Shown: positions 24,820-27,746 of the stretch, in pieces | Position numbering within the stretch: the stretch's first letter is position 1 | How the letters are laid out: each line of letters begins with the position of its first letter | Assembly: GCA_045614245.1 (NCBI GenBank) | Contig: JAZLCM010000016.1 | Coordinates: 1-27,746 of the forward strand | DNA: 27,746 bases | Direction: 5' to 3' | Source of the DNA: Candidatus Enterousia sp. | GTDB lineage: Bacteria; Pseudomonadota; Alphaproteobacteria; Rs-D84 | The notes under the pieces: model-generated | Seen by the model: only the letters and a program-made list of their open reading frames with translations | Told to the model about the DNA's origin: nothing | Database searches by the model: none | Program-made: the position numbers and the translations under genes

Positions 24820-25726
24820 AATATGTAAACACAGATTTTCTAAAAAGTGGCATATCCTTGACCTCCCTTGCACATGTAGACGCACAATTGTCCTTTAATG
24901 CCCCCCAAGTTCCACGCGTACTAAAAACCCATTTGCCCGGTTTGGGGTCGGTCATTTTACAGTAACACGCATAATTTTTGACATCATCCGATGCCGCATA
25001 CCCATTTTGTTGCCAATCTAGATATTCATTCGTCACTTTGGATTGTATTGTTTCATCGGGAATGGTGCCATTACCCGCATCATACGCCGGTATAGTTTTT
25101 GATATAAAAGACGTTCCACGCACCGTGGTATCATTTGAAAATTCAACAATCCATTCACCGGGGCTTAAATCACCACATTCGAATTTTATTTTGTCATTCG
25201 TTATGGTTTCTTCAACCGTGGGTAAATTATCCAAGGCAAGATGATAACACTTGCCTGTTCCGTTCATATCTGAATTCAGTTGCGAATATACCGATTTCTC
25301 CTTGACCACTGGGTTTGTTTGCACTTGGTCTTTTTTTGATGAAACGAACTTTGGCTGTTGGGTGGGATACAGTTTGTTTGATTGATTATCCATAGTTTTT
25401 TCTTGGATTTGATTATTTACAGAATCAAGTTCTTCTCCAATTGCTTTTAACTGATTTTTTCCATCCTTTATCTGGGTGGTTAATTGGTCGCTTTTTGATG
25501 CCTGGGCAATGTTCACACCAACGCCAACAACCGTCAAACCAATAGTTGATATACCAGCAATCATCCAACCTTGCTTTTTGCCTTCGCATTTTTCAAGCTC
25601 TGTAATCTTATTTTGTTTTTCTATTAAAAGTTGTTGAATTTGTGGTGTCATATCTATACTGTACACCGTTGCAGAATTCAATGCAAAACACACGCCGATT
25701 AAAACGCTATAGTAAAACTTTGACAC
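24818..25726 (-). CDS. Exported protein with coiled coils, a Gly-rich hydrophobic helix and a Cys-rich C-terminal domain, unknown function
   Basis: GTG start with GAAGGA Shine-Dalgarno and TGnTATAAT upstream; signal-like N-terminus; WMIAGISTIGLTVVGVGVNIAQA; C-terminal CYCKM...WVF...CASTCA...FR. Confidence 0.8.
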   Translation of the reverse strand: MSKFYYSVLIGVCFALNSATVYSIDMTPQIQQLLIEKQNKITELEKCEGKKQGWMIAGISTIGLTVVGVGVNIAQASKSDQLTTQIKDGKNQLKAIGEELDSVNNQIQEKTMDNQSNKLYPTQQPKFVSSKKDQVQTNPVVKEKSVYSQLNSDMNGTGKCYHLALDNLPTVEETITNDKIKFECGDLSPGEWIVEFSNDTTVRGTSFISKTIPAYDAGNGTIPDETIQSKVTNEYLDWQQNGYAASDDVKNYACYCKMTDPKPGKWVFSTRGTWGALKDNCASTCAREVKDMPLFRKSVFTY

Positions 25727-25785
25727 GCTTTTTTCCTTCGTGTGTTTATTATATCATAAAATATAGTAAGACATTAAAAACTTTT

Positions 25786-26853
25786 TTATTCAGTGGCTTG
25801 TAATTCTGAACGGATATGCGCAAGGTTTGCAACACGACCGCCAATTATGTCGTTCAAATCATTTTTAGTAAATTCCGCCGCATAATGTATCGCGTTTGCA
25901 AACGCCAAAGCGTCCGAATTTCCATGAGTCTTTACAACAAAACCATTTAGACCCAAAAAGGTCGCACCCGCATAAGAACGCGGATCAATTTTATGCTTTA
26001 ACCGTTTGAACACATGAACAAGGAAAAACGCGCCGATTATCGCAAGCCATGATTTTTTCATATTTTCAGATATAACACGCTTGATAAGTTTTGCGGTGCC
26101 TTCGACAGTTTTCAAAACTATATTGCCGGTGAAACCATCCGTCACAACAACCTGGACCCGACCAGCACTGATGTCAGTAGGTTCCACAAACCCAAGGTAT
26201 TCAAACGGCAACTCTGCACGATGCGCCGTCAGCAACTTATTTATGTGTTGCAATGTTTCGTTGCCCTTGGTTTCTTCTTCACCGATATTTAAAACCCCAA
26301 GTTTCGGGCGTGGCATTTTACCGATAACCTCGGCATAAACACTGCCCAGAATCGAAAAATCAAACAAGTTTTCCGCATCACATTGAACATTTGCGCCCAA
26401 ATCTAAAACCACCACACGTGAATCACCCGCACCCGACGGCAACATTGTAGTTATCGCCGGTCGCGAAATGCCGTCAATCGTTTTCAGCGCAAGTTTCGAC
26501 AACGACATTAAAACCCCGGTATTCCCGGAACTGACCACCGCGGCACTGTTCCCTTCACGTACATCCTTTATCGCCATGTACATCGAAGTATTTTGCGCGT
26601 GACGAATTACATCACGGACCTTATCTGTGCCTTGGATTACATCCGGCGCGTTAATGACCGTACAGTTGCGTGCAACACGCGGATAGCGCGCCAATAATTT
26701 GCGCAGAACCTTTTCATCGCCAAAAATACGGAAAAAAGTGTGCGATTCACCGTGCTGGTACAAAAACTGGTTTATACCGCCAAGAACCGCCGCGGGACCA
26801 CGGTCGCCGCCCATCGCATCAATCGCAATAATTTTCTTTGTATCTTCGGCCAT
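25786..26853 (-). CDS. plsX: Phosphate acyltransferase PlsX
   Basis: IAIDAMGGD, SSGNTG, GISRPAI, LDLGANV, LNIGEEETKG, VVVTDGFTGNIVLKTVEG, GATFLGLNGFVVKTHGNS. Confidence 0.97.
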   Translation of the reverse strand: MAEDTKKIIAIDAMGGDRGPAAVLGGINQFLYQHGESHTFFRIFGDEKVLRKLLARYPRVARNCTVINAPDVIQGTDKVRDVIRHAQNTSMYMAIKDVREGNSAAVVSSGNTGVLMSLSKLALKTIDGISRPAITTMLPSGAGDSRVVVLDLGANVQCDAENLFDFSILGSVYAEVIGKMPRPKLGVLNIGEEETKGNETLQHINKLLTAHRAELPFEYLGFVEPTDISAGRVQVVVTDGFTGNIVLKTVEGTAKLIKRVISENMKKSWLAIIGAFFLVHVFKRLKHKIDPRSYAGATFLGLNGFVVKTHGNSDALAFANAIHYAAEFTKNDLNDIIGGRVANLAHIRSELQATE

Positions 26854-26860
26854 TGCGTAT

Positions 26861-26909
26861 TAAAAATGCAGACAGGCACGAAAATGCGCCCAATCTGCAC
26901 ATATTTTTA
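26861..26909 (-). terminator. Long imperfect hairpin between rpmF and plsX (partial terminator or attenuator candidate)
   Basis: Minus strand: TAAAAA..TGCAGA..GGGCGC-ATTTTC-GTGCCT..TCTGCA-TTTTTA; ends 7 nt before the plsX ATG. Confidence 0.45.
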
Positions 26910-26917
26910 TCTTGTTA

Positions 26918-27067
26918 TTATTTTGCACCACATGCCGGGCAAATGTGATGCGGACGTTTCTTTTCACCACAAGATTTGCATACGCCACATGGCATTGTTG
27001 CCAATGCATCATGAGAACGACGTTGTGCGCTGCGTGCTTTGCTTGTTTTACTTCTTGGCGTTGCCAT
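26918..27067 (-). CDS. rpmF: 50S ribosomal protein L32 (49 aa; absent from the ORF track)
   Basis: Translated by hand: MATPRSKTSKARSAQRRSHDALATMPCGVCKSCGEKKRPHHICPACGAK, TAA TAA; AAGGA Shine-Dalgarno; precedes plsX. Confidence 0.95.
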   Translation of the reverse strand: MATPRSKTSKARSAQRRSHDALATMPCGVCKSCGEKKRPHHICPACGAK

Positions 27068-27137
27068 TTTTCAATCCTTTTATTTGACAGTTGTTAATTC
27101 TATTCAATTATTGCCCATTTGCAAGCAAAAAATTGTA

Positions 27138-27536
27138 TCAATCACTTATCACCTTTGCCACGAACATGCCATGATTGTGCATCAATCCAATCACCGCGCT
27201 GTGATCGTCAAGCCCAAGATAGAATTTATAGCCGTCTGCTTCCAATTCCTTTATCTTGGCAAGTTTATATTCCGCCGTTGTTCCGGGGTAATCGTGCGGT
27301 TTACAAAACACAATCTTTTTTATATTCGGCAGCAAGTTATCGATAAACGCGTTCACTTTTTCTTGACCCATGGCCCAACGACCGGTTATAAAGACTATTG
27401 TAAAATCCCGTCCCAGTGTTTCCAAAACGCGTATCATATTCGCATTTGGTTCACCAAAACGGTCATAGTCAGCAATCGCCCATTTTTTGGACACAACGCC
27501 ATCGATATCACAGAAAATTGCTGGTTTATCAATCAT
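27138..27536 (-). CDS. Capless HAD-superfamily phosphatase resembling the polynucleotide kinase 3'-phosphatase domain
   Basis: Motif I FCDIDGV, motif II FITGR, motif III K, motif IV GLDD; 132 aa. Confidence 0.75.
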   Translation of the reverse strand: MIDKPAIFCDIDGVVSKKWAIADYDRFGEPNANMIRVLETLGRDFTIVFITGRWAMGQEKVNAFIDNLLPNIKKIVFCKPHDYPGTTAEYKLAKIKELEADGYKFYLGLDDHSAVIGLMHNHGMFVAKVISD

Positions 27537-27587
27537 AGTGGTTAGTGTTAGTGGCTAGTGTCAGTGATTGCACCGAACACTAACCAC
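27537..27587. repeat. AGTGGTT/AGTGTT tandem repeat plus 12 bp inverted repeat between rpoC and the HAD gene
   Basis: AGTGGTT AGTGTT AGTGGCT AGTGTC AGTG (27537-27566); GTGGTTAGTGTT (27538-27549) pairs perfectly with AACACTAACCAC (27576-27587). Confidence 0.75.
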
Positions 27588-27596
27588 CCTATTTCT

Positions 27597-27746
27597 TTAC
27601 AAATCCAACAATTGTTGATGGTCGCCACCTTCGCGTGCGATGCGTTCCGCCTTTTCTTCGGCCTTGGCAATTTCGCGAACGCGACGGACATAGGCACCCG
27701 TTCCAATTGGAATCAGACGACCAACAATAACGTTTTCATTTATACC
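27597..27746 (-). CDS. rpoC: DNA-directed RNA polymerase subunit beta', 3' end only (runs off the window)
   Basis: Translated by hand: GINENVIVGRLIPIGTGAYVRRVREIAKAEEKAERIAREGGDHQQLLDL*, matching the RpoC C-terminal GLKENVIVGRLIPAGTG. Confidence 0.93.
   Translation of the reverse strand, partial: GINENVIVGRLIPIGTGAYVRRVREIAKAEEKAERIAREGGDHQQLLDL

Noticed and set aside
24700-24820. tmRNA coding piece (tag ending in AA followed by hairpins)
   Set aside because: The AA end belongs to a 112-codon ORF with a strong Shine-Dalgarno; no ANDN-type resume sequence or tRNA-like domain is visible.
13935-25726. Diversity-generating retroelement acting on the Cys-rich proteins
   Set aside because: No reverse transcriptase and no near-identical template/variable repeat pair differing at adenines was seen in this window.
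27700-27746. RpoC GINENVIVGRLIPIGTG deviations from GLKENVIVGRLIPAGTG as drug-resistance changes
   Set aside because: I cannot map them reliably to known resistance positions from a 49 aa fragment; probably lineage divergence.

Overview
27.7 kb chromosomal window from a compact, gene-dense alphaproteobacterial genome. The assignment rests on the ZapA, ParC, OlsB and IHF-alpha sequences and the rpmF-plsX and fabH-ihfA pairs. The many orphan Cys-rich exported proteins suggest an uncultured host-associated lineage such as Rs-D84/Enterousia (inference only). Housekeeping genes: DUF4164-like gene, zapA, parC, a short proS, an olsB plus acyltransferase (ornithine lipid) pair, an MltB-family transglycosylase, an omptin-like outer-membrane barrel, hemW, an M13 peptidase, a MerT-like membrane protein, tRNA-Arg(CCT), fabH, ihfA, a ClsC-like phospholipase D, plsX, rpmF (missed by the ORF track), a Pnkp-like HAD phosphatase and the 3' end of rpoC. 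The accessory part is a two-gene operon of giant Cys-rich secreted repeat proteins (1848 aa and about 965 aa) plus two orphan genes. Main observations: (1) parC carries a single in-frame TAG at a conserved Leu; (2) plsX and fabH sit at opposite ends of a 13.5 kb segment bounded by an 11/12 nt inverted match, and flipping it would rebuild the canonical rpmF-plsX-fabH-ihfA operon; (3) the second giant gene has a decayed third C-terminal repeat hidden behind two compensating frameshifts and a TGA; (4) both giant proteins are chains of Cys-stapled InlB-B-like modules with AT-rich mosaic blocks; (5) several regulatory oddities: one palindromic -35 shared by two divergent promoters, leaderless starts, a dual-start M13 peptidase, and REP and short tandem repeat elements. 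No CRISPR array, transposase, integrase or rRNA was seen. All motifs and counts were read by hand; no database searches were run.
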